Of a stretch of DNA of 44,171 bases, positions 34,935 to 44,171 are shown piece by piece. Each line of letters begins with the position of its first letter. Within the stretch, counting starts at the first letter, position 1. The stretch is from a bacterium (GTDB taxonomy: Bacteria; Krumholzibacteriota; Krumholzibacteriia; Krumholzibacteriales; WJIX01). The notes beneath the pieces were generated by a model, which saw only the letters and a program-made list of their open reading frames with translations, was not told the origin of the DNA and did not search any database. Made by a program: the position numbers and the translations under genes. Location: assembly GCA_014730075.1 (NCBI GenBank), contig WJIX01000148.1, forward strand, positions 1 through 44,171, given 5' to 3'.

Positions 34935-37900
34935 ATGAATATTACTCCTCTGGCTATTCACCGTCCTATTGCCACCATCATGGTATTTCTAATAATCATT
35001 GTCCTTGGTATCATGGGATTCCGGTTCCTTCCGGTCGACCTTCTTCCTCCCATTGAATATCCAATGCTCAGTATTATGACTGTTTACCCCAATGTGGGGC
35101 CGGAGGAAATAGAGACCATAATTACAGATCGTGTTGAAAACGCGGTAGCCAGCGTTCCAAATATCGAAGAGATAAGATCCTCTTCCAGGGAGGGCCGTAG
35201 CTGGGTAACCCTTGAATTCTCTCAGGGCACCAATATCGATGGGGCGGCGAATGATGTCCGGTCCGCGCTGGACAGAATCAGAGACGACCTGCCACTGGAA
35301 GTGGAATCCCCCAGGCTGTGGAAGTTCGATCCGGATAACTTTCCGGTGGTAATAATGGGGGCAAGGTCTGACCTGGATATGGAAGAACTGACCAGGATAT
35401 TGGAAAGAGAAATTTCGCAGCGTTTCGAACAGATCCCGGGCGTGGGGTCGGTGGATATCTGGGGCGGAGTCTACCGTGAGATCAGGATTGAGCTCAACAG
35501 GGACAGGCTGGCATCCAGCAGGCTCAGCGCCACCGATGTTCAGGCGGCCCTGCGGAGGGAGAATGTAACTCTTCCTGGTGGGGATATCCGTGAAGGGACC
35601 AGCGACCTTTACGTCCGGACAAAGGGCGAGTTCGAGTCTCTTGAGCAGATCTCGGAGACAATCATTACCGTTGTGAACGGACAGCCGATCAGGGTCCGCG
35701 ACGTGGCCGACGTGGTGGACAGTTTCGAAGATGTCCACAGGATAGTCCAGGTAGATGGCCTGCCCATGATACGCCTGGGGGTCCGGAAGCAGTCCGGAGC
35801 AAACACGGTATCCGTTGCGGGAGATACCCGGGAAATGATGGAAAAGATAAACGGAGAGAGGGATGACCTGGAGATGCTGATGGTCATTGACCAGAGCGAA
35901 TTCATCCAGAACTCCATCGACAATGTAAAGCAGGCCGCCCTGTGGGGTGGGCTCCTGGCGATCTTCATCCTCTATATCTTTTTGCGAAATGGATCCAGCA
36001 CTTTCGTTATTGCGCTTTCCATCCCAATTTCACTTATTGCCACATTCGGCCTGCTTTACTTCAACGGACTGACCCTCAACCAGATGAGTTTCGGCGGATT
36101 GGCATTGGGGATAGGACTGATCGTGGACAACTCCATCGTGGTACTGGAAAATATAGTCCGGTTGCGAGAAAGCGGCAGGGGAGCGGCAGATGCCTCCCTT
36201 ACCGGCACAAAACAGGTGGCAGGGGCAATAACGGCATCCACCCTTACTACCCTGGTGATATTCCTGCCTGTAGTCTTCATGCAGACCATATCGGGGATGC
36301 TGTTCAAGGAGCTTGCCCTGGTAGTGGTTTTTGCCCTTCTTTGCTCCCTGTTCATAGCACTCACCCTGGTTCCCATGCTGGGAAGCAGATTTCTTACAGT
36401 AAGAAACAGTACCAGATACGGCCACTGGTTCGACAGGCTCCAATCGAGTTATTCCGTCCTGCTGGAGAAGGCTCTGCATCACCGCAGGACAGTGTTCCTG
36501 GTGACAGTTCTGCTTATGGCCGGGGCCTTTCTGCTTTATCCCCTGATCCCGGTGGAACTGGCTCCTCAGACCGACGCGGATGAAATCGATGTGGAACTGG
36601 AAATGGCCCAGGGCACCAATATCGCTGTAGTAAACGAATACCTGACCGAGCTGGACAGGCTAGTGCGCGAAGTAACCCCCATGGACCAGGTCCGTCACAT
36701 CAGCGTGGAGATCCGGCCCGGAGACGCGGAAGTTGAATTATCTCTCAAGAACGCCGATGAGCGTTCCATAAACAGCTTCGTGCTGGCCGACCGTATCAGG
36801 AAACATGTTCAGGGAAAGATTCCCGGAGGGAGGATCAGGGTAAACGCGCAGTCGGGCCTCTGGATGCTTCGGAGGCTGTTCGGCTCGGGCGGATCTCAGG
36901 CGGTACAGGTAGAGCTCAGGGGATATAACCTCAATATGGCTGACCGGCTGTCCAGGAAGATCAAGAGCAGCATGGAAACTGTCCCGGAAGTAGCTGATGT
37001 CAGGGTCAGCCGGCGTGAGGGAAGGCCCGAGGAGAACCTTATCATCGACCGGGAGAAAATTGCGGAGCTGGGGCTTTCGGTCAGACAGGTAGCTGAAGTA
37101 ATTCAGACTAACGTGGGAGGCGGCCATGCGGGGGTGTTCAGGGAGGGAGGAGATGAATTTCCCATTACCGTCCGCCTCCAGCCGAAAGACCGTCTCAGCG
37201 CCCGCGACCTGGATAACATATCGGTAAGGGCCCCGAGCGGGCGAGTGATACCGATCTCTTCCGTAATTCGGAGCGAAAGAAGACGAAGCCCCACCAGAAT
37301 TGACCGGATAGACTCACAGCGGGTAACCTATATTACCGCCAACCTGGAAAGTGGAGCGGCGCTGGGAGACGTGGTGGAGAAACTCCAGAATAACCTCAGG
37401 GGGATGGCCCTTCCGGAAGGATTTTCGCTGGTATTCAGCGGCGAATACGAAGAGCAGCAGGAAGCTCAGAAGGATTTCATTCTCTCAATCATCATGGCCC
37501 TGGTCCTGATTTACATGGTAATGGCCGCTCAGTTCGAGCGCTTCCTCGATCCCCTGATCGTTATGGTATCCGTTCCCCTGGCGGTCATCGGGGTTGTCCC
37601 GGCCCTTCTTCTTACCGGAACCTCTCTGAACATCCAGAGCCTTATGGGCATCGTCATGCTCATCGGAATAGTTGTAAACAACGCCATTGTACTGGTCGAT
37701 TACATCAACCTTATGCGCCGTGAAGAAAACCTTCCCATTCAGAAGGCGGTAGAGTTATCCGCGCACAGGCGTTTGAGGCCGATCCTCATGACCACCTGCA
37801 CCACAGTTCTGGGAATGCTTCCACTTGCCTTCGGCGCCGGAGCAGGAGGAGAGATACAGGCAGCCCTGGCAAGGTCGGTGATAGGCGGCCTGACCATATC

Positions 37901-37976
37901 TACACTGATAACCCTGGTGCTGATACCCTCCGCCTACATCAGCATACACGGGCTGCTGGACAGAAAAAGAAGTTAG
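34935..37976 (+). CDS. Efflux RND transporter permease (AcrB/HAE1-type)
   Basis: 1013 aa, 12-TM/two-porter-loop layout. N-terminus RPIATIMVFLIIIVLGIMGFRFLPVDLLPPIEYP. GLIVDNSIVVLENI and IVVNNAIVLVDYIN motifs. Confidence 0.95.
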   Translation: MNITPLAIHRPIATIMVFLIIIVLGIMGFRFLPVDLLPPIEYPMLSIMTVYPNVGPEEIETIITDRVENAVASVPNIEEIRSSSREGRSWVTLEFSQGTNIDGAANDVRSALDRIRDDLPLEVESPRLWKFDPDNFPVVIMGARSDLDMEELTRILEREISQRFEQIPGVGSVDIWGGVYREIRIELNRDRLASSRLSATDVQAALRRENVTLPGGDIREGTSDLYVRTKGEFESLEQISETIITVVNGQPIRVRDVADVVDSFEDVHRIVQVDGLPMIRLGVRKQSGANTVSVAGDTREMMEKINGERDDLEMLMVIDQSEFIQNSIDNVKQAALWGGLLAIFILYIFLRNGSSTFVIALSIPISLIATFGLLYFNGLTLNQMSFGGLALGIGLIVDNSIVVLENIVRLRESGRGAADASLTGTKQVAGAITASTLTTLVIFLPVVFMQTISGMLFKELALVVVFALLCSLFIALTLVPMLGSRFLTVRNSTRYGHWFDRLQSSYSVLLEKALHHRRTVFLVTVLLMAGAFLLYPLIPVELAPQTDADEIDVELEMAQGTNIAVVNEYLTELDRLVREVTPMDQVRHISVEIRPGDAEVELSLKNADERSINSFVLADRIRKHVQGKIPGGRIRVNAQSGLWMLRRLFGSGGSQAVQVELRGYNLNMADRLSRKIKSSMETVPEVADVRVSRREGRPEENLIIDREKIAELGLSVRQVAEVIQTNVGGGHAGVFREGGDEFPITVRLQPKDRLSARDLDNISVRAPSGRVIPISSVIRSERRRSPTRIDRIDSQRVTYITANLESGAALGDVVEKLQNNLRGMALPEGFSLVFSGEYEEQQEAQKDFILSIIMALVLIYMVMAAQFERFLDPLIVMVSVPLAVIGVVPALLLTGTSLNIQSLMGIVMLIGIVVNNAIVLVDYINLMRREENLPIQKAVELSAHRRLRPILMTTCTTVLGMLPLAFGAGAGGEIQAALARSVIGGLTISTLITLVLIPSAYISIHGLLDRKRS

Positions 37977-38024
37977 AATATCTTCCCAGCTCCGGGTGTC
38001 ACCGGATTCTCAAACGGAGGCGCG

Positions 38025-38957
38025 CTAGACCCTCCATCCCCTCCATTCCATATACCCTTTCATTGCCGATTCACCCCTGGCATATTTATCATGCCATTTC
38101 CGCGGGACCGGCATATCATGATATAGCCGTTTCCTCCAGGCCTCCAGCAACATAATGGGCCTTCCCATATATTCCGCGGCGGATATTACCGGTCGGTCTG
38201 TCTCAGAAGAGATACTTTTCAGCCACCTGATCCCTGATTTACTCCTGGCCACATGGTGATCAATAATAAGGGTCTTCACCCTGCCTGAGAGTTCAGTGGC
38301 ATTGCTCCTGGCCATCGCAAGCTGTCCGGGCGAAAGCCGGCGAAGATAAAGCGGCGGCCCGGAAAGCAGAACAGTATCCGGCTTCCATTCGATTATCTGA
38401 ATAACCGACTCCCTGTTTAGAAGCTGTATATCCGAGGCGTGAACGAACACCTCGTCATCATCTTCGATCCTTGTCATCATCACACTTCCCAGCCGGCTGC
38501 CCTCCGGCCCGTGCGGCATGGGATCGGAAAAACTCAGAAGATCATCCCCTTTTCCCTCCGCGCCACCTGTCTCCCTCTCAAGCATGAAAGCAAGATCCTC
38601 GGCCCTGGTCTTCATTCTCTCGGACAACCCCTCTTTACTCCTGGCCCATAGGGTGAATCCGGGGCGCAGCCCTCTTATTTTTCCGGCGTCCAGCTGGTAG
38701 GGATTGGCATTGGCCAGGGGAATATGGTCGCCGTGATAATGGCTGATCACTATATCTGTTGCCTCGGTCAAGGCGGAAAGGATCTCCTGCCGTACCGACC
38801 TTCCCCTGGCAACCTGAAATGGGTGCGGCAGAAGGCCATGCCTCCGGTAACCCAGTGCGATACCAGGATCTATAACTATCACCCGGTTTCCCACTTCTAC
38901 TCTGCAGGATAACCCGCGCACTCCCAATGATTCGGTTCCCAGTATATCTATCAGCAT
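38025..38957 (-). CDS. MBL-fold metallo-hydrolase (UPF0282-like)
   Basis: HxHxDH motif ISHYHGDH, N-terminal ILGTESLGVRGLSCRVE..VIVIDPG, later HASD and DHH ligand candidates. Confidence 0.8.
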   Translation of the reverse strand: MLIDILGTESLGVRGLSCRVEVGNRVIVIDPGIALGYRRHGLLPHPFQVARGRSVRQEILSALTEATDIVISHYHGDHIPLANANPYQLDAGKIRGLRPGFTLWARSKEGLSERMKTRAEDLAFMLERETGGAEGKGDDLLSFSDPMPHGPEGSRLGSVMMTRIEDDDEVFVHASDIQLLNRESVIQIIEWKPDTVLLSGPPLYLRRLSPGQLAMARSNATELSGRVKTLIIDHHVARSKSGIRWLKSISSETDRPVISAAEYMGRPIMLLEAWRKRLYHDMPVPRKWHDKYARGESAMKGYMEWRGWRV

Positions 38958-39257
38958 TGGCGGGCTCTTTCCCCTTCAAAATCATTTCAGAGTCGGGTAT
39001 GGAATTATATTGTTTCTGTCCCGGCCCGTCAACGCCAAAGGCCGGGTTCCAAATACGGAAAACTTTTCCGCAGGCCCTGTATAGACCGGATCTCTTTTCT
39101 GCCGGAATCCAATATCGCCGGGCAGAGATATATCCATAACAAGCAATGAAATAACAAGTTGCTACCCTATACGGATTAATTCAGCCGGGGGCATATTTAT
39201 TGCGGCATTGGATATCTCAGGCAGCATGATTATGATAATGACAGGGAGCGGCATTTC

Positions 39258-40238
39258 ATGAAAATTCTCTGCACACAAGACTTCCCCGGGGATATCAGGA
39301 TGCTGGGCAGTGTAGCGGCTGATTCACCGGGGGGCATGGAATTCGAGATGATGCCATTCATAAACAAACTGCAGCAGATGCCGCGGCGGGTGAGAGAACT
39401 GGCCGCCGGAGCAAGTGCTGTTCTGACCTGCAACCTGTGGTCCACAAACCTTATCAGGAAAACATTCCCTTCGCTTCCACTCATCCTGCTGCCTCACAAC
39501 GCATGCGCGGTAAAAGCCCACTACTGGTTTCAGAATGTCATAGATACGGCCGATATCTATCTGAGCACCGGTTTGTCACTCCGCAGGAAAACCCTGCTGC
39601 TCGACCCCGAAGCGGAGGTTGTCGATATACCGTATCCCCGTCTGAAAGGGTACCGGGAAGCGGCATTGAAGGCGGGCCCGCCGGATTACGACCTGGTGTT
39701 TGCCTGCACAGCATACCCGCATTACCCCACACTCATGGGTATCAAAACTGAATACGCATACTGGCATGAACTGATACCCACTCTGGCCGCGGAAGGATTC
39801 CGGATAGCGGTTCTTCGCCACCGGGATGACAGGGGTCTGGAGAAAACACCCGGAGTGGACTATTATGACCAGCCTAACCCCGGGATATTATTCGCCGGGA
39901 GAGCGGTTGTCTCCGATATAGCATCCAATGGGTTGATAGCCGCCGTTCTGGATAAACCTGTTCTGCAGGTAATAGACAGAAATGGGGAGGTTCCCCCTTA
40001 CTTTGCATCCCACCGGGGGTTTATAAACCTTCTCTTTGCCATCGGGCTCCGGTTCGGCACCGAATGGACTGTGGAAGGTCTTTCAGAAACATACCCGTTC
40101 GGAAAGAGGAACAGCTCTCTCTGGGATGAGTACCGCCAGCTGGCCTCTACTCATATCAATGACCGGTTGGACAACTCACAGTTATATACCCGCCTCGCGG
40201 CCGCGGCAACCTCGAGAAAAAAACCTGCCATGGCCTGA
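39258..40238 (+). CDS. Hypothetical protein, possible GT-B/TagF-like transferase fold
   Basis: The only hint is LFAGRAVVSDIASNGLIAAVLDKPVLQVIDRNGEVPPYFASHRGF. It resembles the (a)D.lITDySS...d...l.kPvi......y...rG segment of CDP-glycerol glycerophosphotransferases. Weak. Confidence 0.5.
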   Translation: MKILCTQDFPGDIRMLGSVAADSPGGMEFEMMPFINKLQQMPRRVRELAAGASAVLTCNLWSTNLIRKTFPSLPLILLPHNACAVKAHYWFQNVIDTADIYLSTGLSLRRKTLLLDPEAEVVDIPYPRLKGYREAALKAGPPDYDLVFACTAYPHYPTLMGIKTEYAYWHELIPTLAAEGFRIAVLRHRDDRGLEKTPGVDYYDQPNPGILFAGRAVVSDIASNGLIAAVLDKPVLQVIDRNGEVPPYFASHRGFINLLFAIGLRFGTEWTVEGLSETYPFGKRNSSLWDEYRQLASTHINDRLDNSQLYTRLAAAATSRKKPAMA

Positions 40239-40263
40239 ACCTTTAGGATCAAAGGGCCGTTCC

Positions 40264-41730
40264 CTAATTCATCCTCTGGCCATTGAGATAACGGACTCCA
40301 GGTTCTTCCTGCTTCATCTCGAATGTCATAACCCCGTTACCCTGATCATCCGTCCGGAGCATCATCGCCGCCCACTGTGAGAAATTATTGAAATCCTGCT
40401 CACTGAATCCCTTCATATTCTTTATCGCGGTCAGGACCTTTTCAAGGTCATATATCTTCACAACCGCCTTGCCGTCAGGGGTCATCATTGCGGGCATGGA
40501 GAAGTCAGCATTTAATTCCATCTTTCCTATCTCATGCTCCAGTGGGCTTATCGAAACAGATAGTACCGGCTGTGACTGCATCAGCTGTCCCAGCAGCTGC
40601 TGACCGCTCCCGGCCGCGGCCTGCTTCATCTTCTCCGGGTCGCCCTGCATGGTAATATTATCCCTGGTCATTTCAAGATATGTCTTAACCAGCTGGGGAC
40701 TGAGGTGCTTCAGGGAGAAATCCAGGTTCAACCTCTCCAGCCCCTCGATAATTTCAACAGCTTCCTTTGCGTCCTCTGCCGGTATATCCAGTTCAACCGC
40801 CCCCAGGTGATAATCCAGCCCGAAATTGAAATGTGTCTTCTCCTCATCCGGCTTCACGTAATAACTTACCTCTGCGTCGGCAAGAGCACCTTTTCCACTG
40901 ACTTTCTCTCCCTCATCAACCCCGCTGAAGCTGAAATTCATCTCTTTCATCGAAGCGTTCATGTCGAACAGCGGCTCGCCCTTATCAAGCAGCTCATCCA
41001 GATTGGGGATAGTAGCATCTTTCCGGTACAGATTTACGAAGAATGTGGAAATACTCTTCTGGGTGAAACTCATCTCCCCTATGGAAAACTCCATATTCAA
41101 ATCCCCGGGTTCCTGCTCTCCCTTGCCTATATCCGACAGATTGATCTTATATGTGAAATCTTTCATCACACTGTTAACCGACTGGTTATGTTCCATGAAT
41201 TTTTCGGCAAACTCCCAGATGTCATCACCCTTGTATGTGAGCATGGGGGAAAGATTGTAATCTGTGAACTGCATCTTTCCTGCCCGGAAATCCAGGTCCA
41301 TCTCGGGAGCACCCTCCTTCATGGTGCTGTCCGGCAGCTTCACCATATCAGCAAGGTCCCATTTGAAATGCATTCCCTTCATGTAGAGGCATTCCAGGTA
41401 ATCTTCTTTCGGCTTATAGAGAAATGCTATTTCATCAATGGCAATAGGAACCTTCTGTTCCTTGATATTTTCACCAAGGGCGGTTTCCTTCAATATGGCG
41501 GTATCGAAGATCAATTCTGCATCTTCGAATATTACCCTGTGCCCGCCCTTTTCGCCTGTGGAGCTTATATTGTTTCCATCGACCCTGTATTCCAGGCCGA
41601 AGGGATTCTGATTCAGTGCCTCCAGCAGCTGCGGCCCGGCGGTCCCGTCTTCCTTGCCACATCCACCGGCCATCACAGCCACCGACAGTATCAACGCCAG
41701 CGAAATGTACAGAAATCCATTTCTTCTCAT
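40264..41730 (-). CDS. Lipoprotein of unknown function
   Basis: The ATG at 41730 follows AGGGAGGCAGGA. Lipobox VMAGGCGKE. Acidic/lysine-rich soluble body with no domain I recognise. The ORF track start (TTG 41748) adds 6 aa. Confidence 0.7.
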   Translation of the reverse strand: MRRNGFLYISLALILSVAVMAGGCGKEDGTAGPQLLEALNQNPFGLEYRVDGNNISSTGEKGGHRVIFEDAELIFDTAILKETALGENIKEQKVPIAIDEIAFLYKPKEDYLECLYMKGMHFKWDLADMVKLPDSTMKEGAPEMDLDFRAGKMQFTDYNLSPMLTYKGDDIWEFAEKFMEHNQSVNSVMKDFTYKINLSDIGKGEQEPGDLNMEFSIGEMSFTQKSISTFFVNLYRKDATIPNLDELLDKGEPLFDMNASMKEMNFSFSGVDEGEKVSGKGALADAEVSYYVKPDEEKTHFNFGLDYHLGAVELDIPAEDAKEAVEIIEGLERLNLDFSLKHLSPQLVKTYLEMTRDNITMQGDPEKMKQAAAGSGQQLLGQLMQSQPVLSVSISPLEHEIGKMELNADFSMPAMMTPDGKAVVKIYDLEKVLTAIKNMKGFSEQDFNNFSQWAAMMLRTDDQGNGVMTFEMKQEEPGVRYLNGQRMN

Positions 41731-41895
41731 TCCTGCCTCCCTGTTCAATGAATGTTAAGCCAATTTTCCCTTTTCCGGGTGCAAAACTATCACCATTTGG
41801 ATTACCTGTCAATGGAAGGTTGGAGCTAAAATCTTTTTTACTGATAAGAGGGATAGGCCCCCGATCAAAAAATAAGCACAACTGTTTCTATTAAT

Positions 41896-42156
41896 TTACT
41901 GCGCTTGAGGTTTATCCCCGGAATCAGGTGCACTGCACCTGCCCTGTTCGAGAAGAGCTGTCTCTGTTACTTTTATTCTGGTCAGCAATTCGATTATCTT
42001 ATTCAGCCTGGTGATTACCATATCGATTCTGTGGTTCATGCCATCCATCTTGCCCTTGATGCCGAATACCGCGAATGGGAGTATAATCCATAATACCGAA
42101 AGCAGCAGCCCGCCGACGATAATAACGAGCAGCAGAAGAGTAGAAATTCCTTCCAT
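41896..42156 (-). CDS. Small single-pass membrane protein
   Basis: RBS AGGGGG 8 nt upstream. N-terminal TM LLLLVIIVGGLLLSVLWIILPFAVF followed by a helical tail. Confidence 0.5.
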   Translation of the reverse strand: MEGISTLLLLVIIVGGLLLSVLWIILPFAVFGIKGKMDGMNHRIDMVITRLNKIIELLTRIKVTETALLEQGRCSAPDSGDKPQAQ

Positions 42157-42490
42157 TTAGATGCCCCCTTAAAAAAATAAATGAATTTATACCATGAAGA
42201 GAGGATACCATAAAAACTGGTATATCGCCAAAGGAGCTGTAGACAATATGTAAGCATGGAAACAAGAGAGGAAGAGGATAATACAGTAATTACAATACCT
42301 CAATTTTGTCTGAGTTCCGGCTCAGCAATATTAATCTGAACATGCAAACCTTCGAAGTCTCAGAAGCGGAATTCGAATAAATTAAATAATCCCGGGATTG
42401 ATAAAGAATAATAATTGCATAATTATTACGATACTGACAAATACCTTTTCAATCATTGGCCACTTGAGTGAACAAGCGGCAAATTCCATT

Positions 42491-42955
42491 CTATTTCTTA
42501 AACTGATTCTTCACATTACCCCAGGTTTTTTCAGAGGCGTTTACAGGGGGATTGTTACCGAAGGTGTTGCCATGACTGCTGCTCCATATGGATCCCGAGT
42601 ACGTATCACGTCTAACTGAATAAAGATCACCGTTGCTTAAAACGACGTGCCATCTAGTATATCCATCGCTAGAAGCACCAGCACCAGTAACAGTTAATCC
42701 AACAACCGGGTAGCCAGGTTGGGGAATTGAGTGTAGCTCCCAAATATTACATAAATGCGTTCCATCAGCGTATATGTCGCCATTACTTAATACAACCGTA
42801 CGATCGAACGGTTTGTACCCATCAATATAGTGATAACCTGCAATAGACAACCCCGTACTCTTCGCCTCAACACTCCGACTGCCGATATGGAAACCTACCA
42901 GCGCAGCGAGTGCAAGGCAGAGAACTGAAACCGAGAAATAAAAGAACCTTTTCAT
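42491..42955 (-). CDS. Secreted hypothetical protein with internal VVLSNGD(I/L)Y repeat
   Basis: RBS GAGGG. Signal peptide MKRFFYFSVSVLCLALAALVG. TVVLSNGDIYADG and HVVLSNGDLYSVR repeats. C-terminus EKTWGNVKNQFKK. Lies in the AT-richer stretch next to the tRNA. Confidence 0.65.
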   Translation of the reverse strand: MKRFFYFSVSVLCLALAALVGFHIGSRSVEAKSTGLSIAGYHYIDGYKPFDRTVVLSNGDIYADGTHLCNIWELHSIPQPGYPVVGLTVTGAGASSDGYTRWHVVLSNGDLYSVRRDTYSGSIWSSSHGNTFGNNPPVNASEKTWGNVKNQFKK

Positions 42956-43172
42956 GGTAACCCTCTATCGTATTAATTGTAGCAGAATAAGATTTAAAAG
43001 GTTTAATATCCCCGCTCGATCAGCCTTGTATCTACTAATACTACTCTGGACTTATCATATCAGAGGACATTGCATTATTACAAGTGAACTGTCATTGGTT
43101 CTTCAGCCTGGCGGCGCCGCAAAACAGAGAGGGGCCAACTTCCGGGAAATTATGGGGATAATTCATAATAAC

Positions 43173-43249
43173 TGGTGGGCGATACTAGACTTGAACTAGT
43201 GACCCCCTGCTTGTAAGGCAGGTGCTCTGACCAACTGAGCTAATCGCCC
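43173..43249 (-). tRNA. tRNA-Val (anticodon UAC), CCA encoded
   Basis: Folded by hand. Acceptor GGGCGAU/AUCGCCC, D stem GCUC/GAGC, anticodon stem CCUGC/GCAGG with loop CUUACAA, T stem ACUAG/CUAGU with loop UUCAAGU, discriminator A plus CCA. Confidence 0.95.
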
Positions 43250-43265
43250 ACTGAGATAGGATCTG

Positions 43266-43460
43266 TCATATAAGCGCGACCGGAACCAGAATGCAGTAGC
43301 CGAGGACCAGAAGTACCGGGGCCAGCGATTCAGACCCCTGCCCCAGAAATATATACCCGGCGACTATGGAGAGAAGCCCCGCGATCATTATGTACTTTTT
43401 GTGCTTTCTTATAATATCAATCATTCTGTTCCTGCTTGCATGCTGACGGACTGCCGTCAT
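43266..43460 (-). CDS. DUF3098-like small membrane protein
   Basis: Basic N-terminus followed by two TM segments: KYIMIAGLLSIVAGYIFLGQGSESLAPVLLVLGYCILVPVALI. This layout is typical of DUF3098 in the FCB group. Start could be the internal MIDII. Confidence 0.55.
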   Translation of the reverse strand: MTAVRQHASRNRMIDIIRKHKKYIMIAGLLSIVAGYIFLGQGSESLAPVLLVLGYCILVPVALI

Positions 43461-43543
43461 TTCACAATATTAAGCCCTCTTCCACTCTATAAATGATATT
43501 CAGAACGGAGCTAAAGTCAAGAAATCATTAACCCGGAGAAGCT

Positions 43544-44171
43544 TCATATATCCATACTCCCACGATGGTACCCGGTCATGTCCACGGTTACATAGAGAAA
43601 GCCTATCTCTCTGAATCTGCTGTCGAGCCTCTCTCGAACATCCTGGTCAAGAAGCTCGGGTATCTTTTCCGGGCTGACCTCTATCCTGGCGATATTGCCG
43701 TGGTGCCTCACCCGGCATAGCCCGAATCCGAGCGATCTCATGAAATCCTCCGCCTTCTCCACCATCTCAAGCTTTTCCCTGGTGATACTATCCCCGACCC
43801 TTATCCTGGTGGCAAGGCAGGTGTTATCGGGCCTGTCCCATGTGGAAAGCCCGATCTCCCTGGACAGCTCTCTTATCCTCTTCTTGCTGAGCCCCGCCTC
43901 CGCGAGGGGACTTGCCACGCCAAGTTCCCCGATCGCCTTCAGGCCGGGCCGGTGCTCATTGCCGTCTTCGGCGTTGGAGCCCTCCATTACCGCCTCGAAA
44001 CCCCTCTCGTGCGCAAAACTGGTTATCCTGCCAAGGATATTCCGCTTGCAGAAATAACACCGGTCGGGAGGATTCTCCGCAAATTTCTCTATATCAATAT
44101 AAGGTATAAACAGTATCTCATGGCTGGCTCCGAGCTCTTCAGCTACCCCGTGGGCCCCATCAACCTCTGCC
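43544..44171 (-). CDS. larE: LarE-family ATP-dependent sulfur transferase (TIGR00268), N-terminus outside window
   Basis: The frame is open from the window edge: ...FAENPPDRCYFCKRNILGRITSFAHERGFEAVMEGSNAEDGNEHRPG...SPLAEAGLSKKRIRELSREIGLSTWDRPDNTCLATRI...ARIEV. This is the PP-loop family C-terminal half. Confidence 0.85.
   Translation of the reverse strand, partial: AEVDGAHGVAEELGASHEILFIPYIDIEKFAENPPDRCYFCKRNILGRITSFAHERGFEAVMEGSNAEDGNEHRPGLKAIGELGVASPLAEAGLSKKRIRELSREIGLSTWDRPDNTCLATRIRVGDSITREKLEMVEKAEDFMRSLGFGLCRVRHHGNIARIEVSPEKIPELLDQDVRERLDSRFREIGFLYVTVDMTGYHRGSMDI

Noticed and set aside
33600-37976. RND adaptor and pump pair without an adjacent outer-membrane factor, as an anomaly.
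   Set aside because: RND operons commonly recruit an OMF encoded elsewhere. A TolC-family gene is present at 12607..13932.
40705-41751. 348-aa + strand ORF antisense to the lipoprotein gene.
   Set aside because: The translation is low-complexity and hydrophobic (rich in L/I/H/C/F), with no RBS. The minus-strand ORF has an RBS, a lipobox and coding-like composition. This is a shadow ORF.
42157-43172. Integrated mobile element at tRNA-Val.
   Set aside because: No integrase, recombinase, phage or plasmid genes are present, and I could not spot a duplicated tRNA 3' segment. I kept it only as a compositional-islet observation, not as a mobile_element feature.

Overview
This is a coding-dense chromosomal segment. 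It probably comes from an uncultivated FCB-superphylum-type bacterium: one protein carries a FlgD/T9SS-type C-terminal sorting domain, there is a DUF3098-like mini membrane protein, and all three stop codons are in use. I support about 32 CDS and one tRNA.

Contents, left to right:
- 3' part of a transglutaminase-like protein, then an AIM24/TIGR00266 protein.
- A propeller/Y_Y_Y hybrid histidine kinase and a DUF4139 protein.
- A 7-gene TetR-TolC-HlyD-ATPase-ATPase-ABC2-ABC2 exporter operon (YbhGFSR-like). Its second ATPase carries an in-frame TAA.
- Tandem SLC13(TrkA-C) and SulP-STAS anion transporters.
- A T9SS-targeted protein with a C39-like cysteine-peptidase core, and a Zn alcohol dehydrogenase.
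- A 1593-aa multi-PAS/GAF hybrid kinase with two receiver domains.
- Class 1 FBPase, a polyprenyl synthase and a GbsR-type regulator.
- A thiD-methyltransferase fusion with tenA.
- An RND adaptor and pump pair, and an MBL-fold hydrolase.
- Several orphan, lipoprotein and secreted proteins.
- tRNA-Val(UAC) and a partial larE.

I found no CRISPR array, transposase, integrase, prophage or recognisable defence genes, and I cannot point to a clear novel multi-gene system.

The least explained signal is a 152-nt nested inverted-repeat element at 27677-27828, in the largest intergenic gap. It can fold into a three-way junction and contains an internal tandem duplication. Secondary leads:
- the ThiD-methyltransferase fusion, with no THI-box upstream;
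- an AT-rich islet abutting the tRNA;
- a C-terminal (S/T)WGxVKxx(I/F)K tail shared by two orphan proteins;
- the nonsense-interrupted ATPase.
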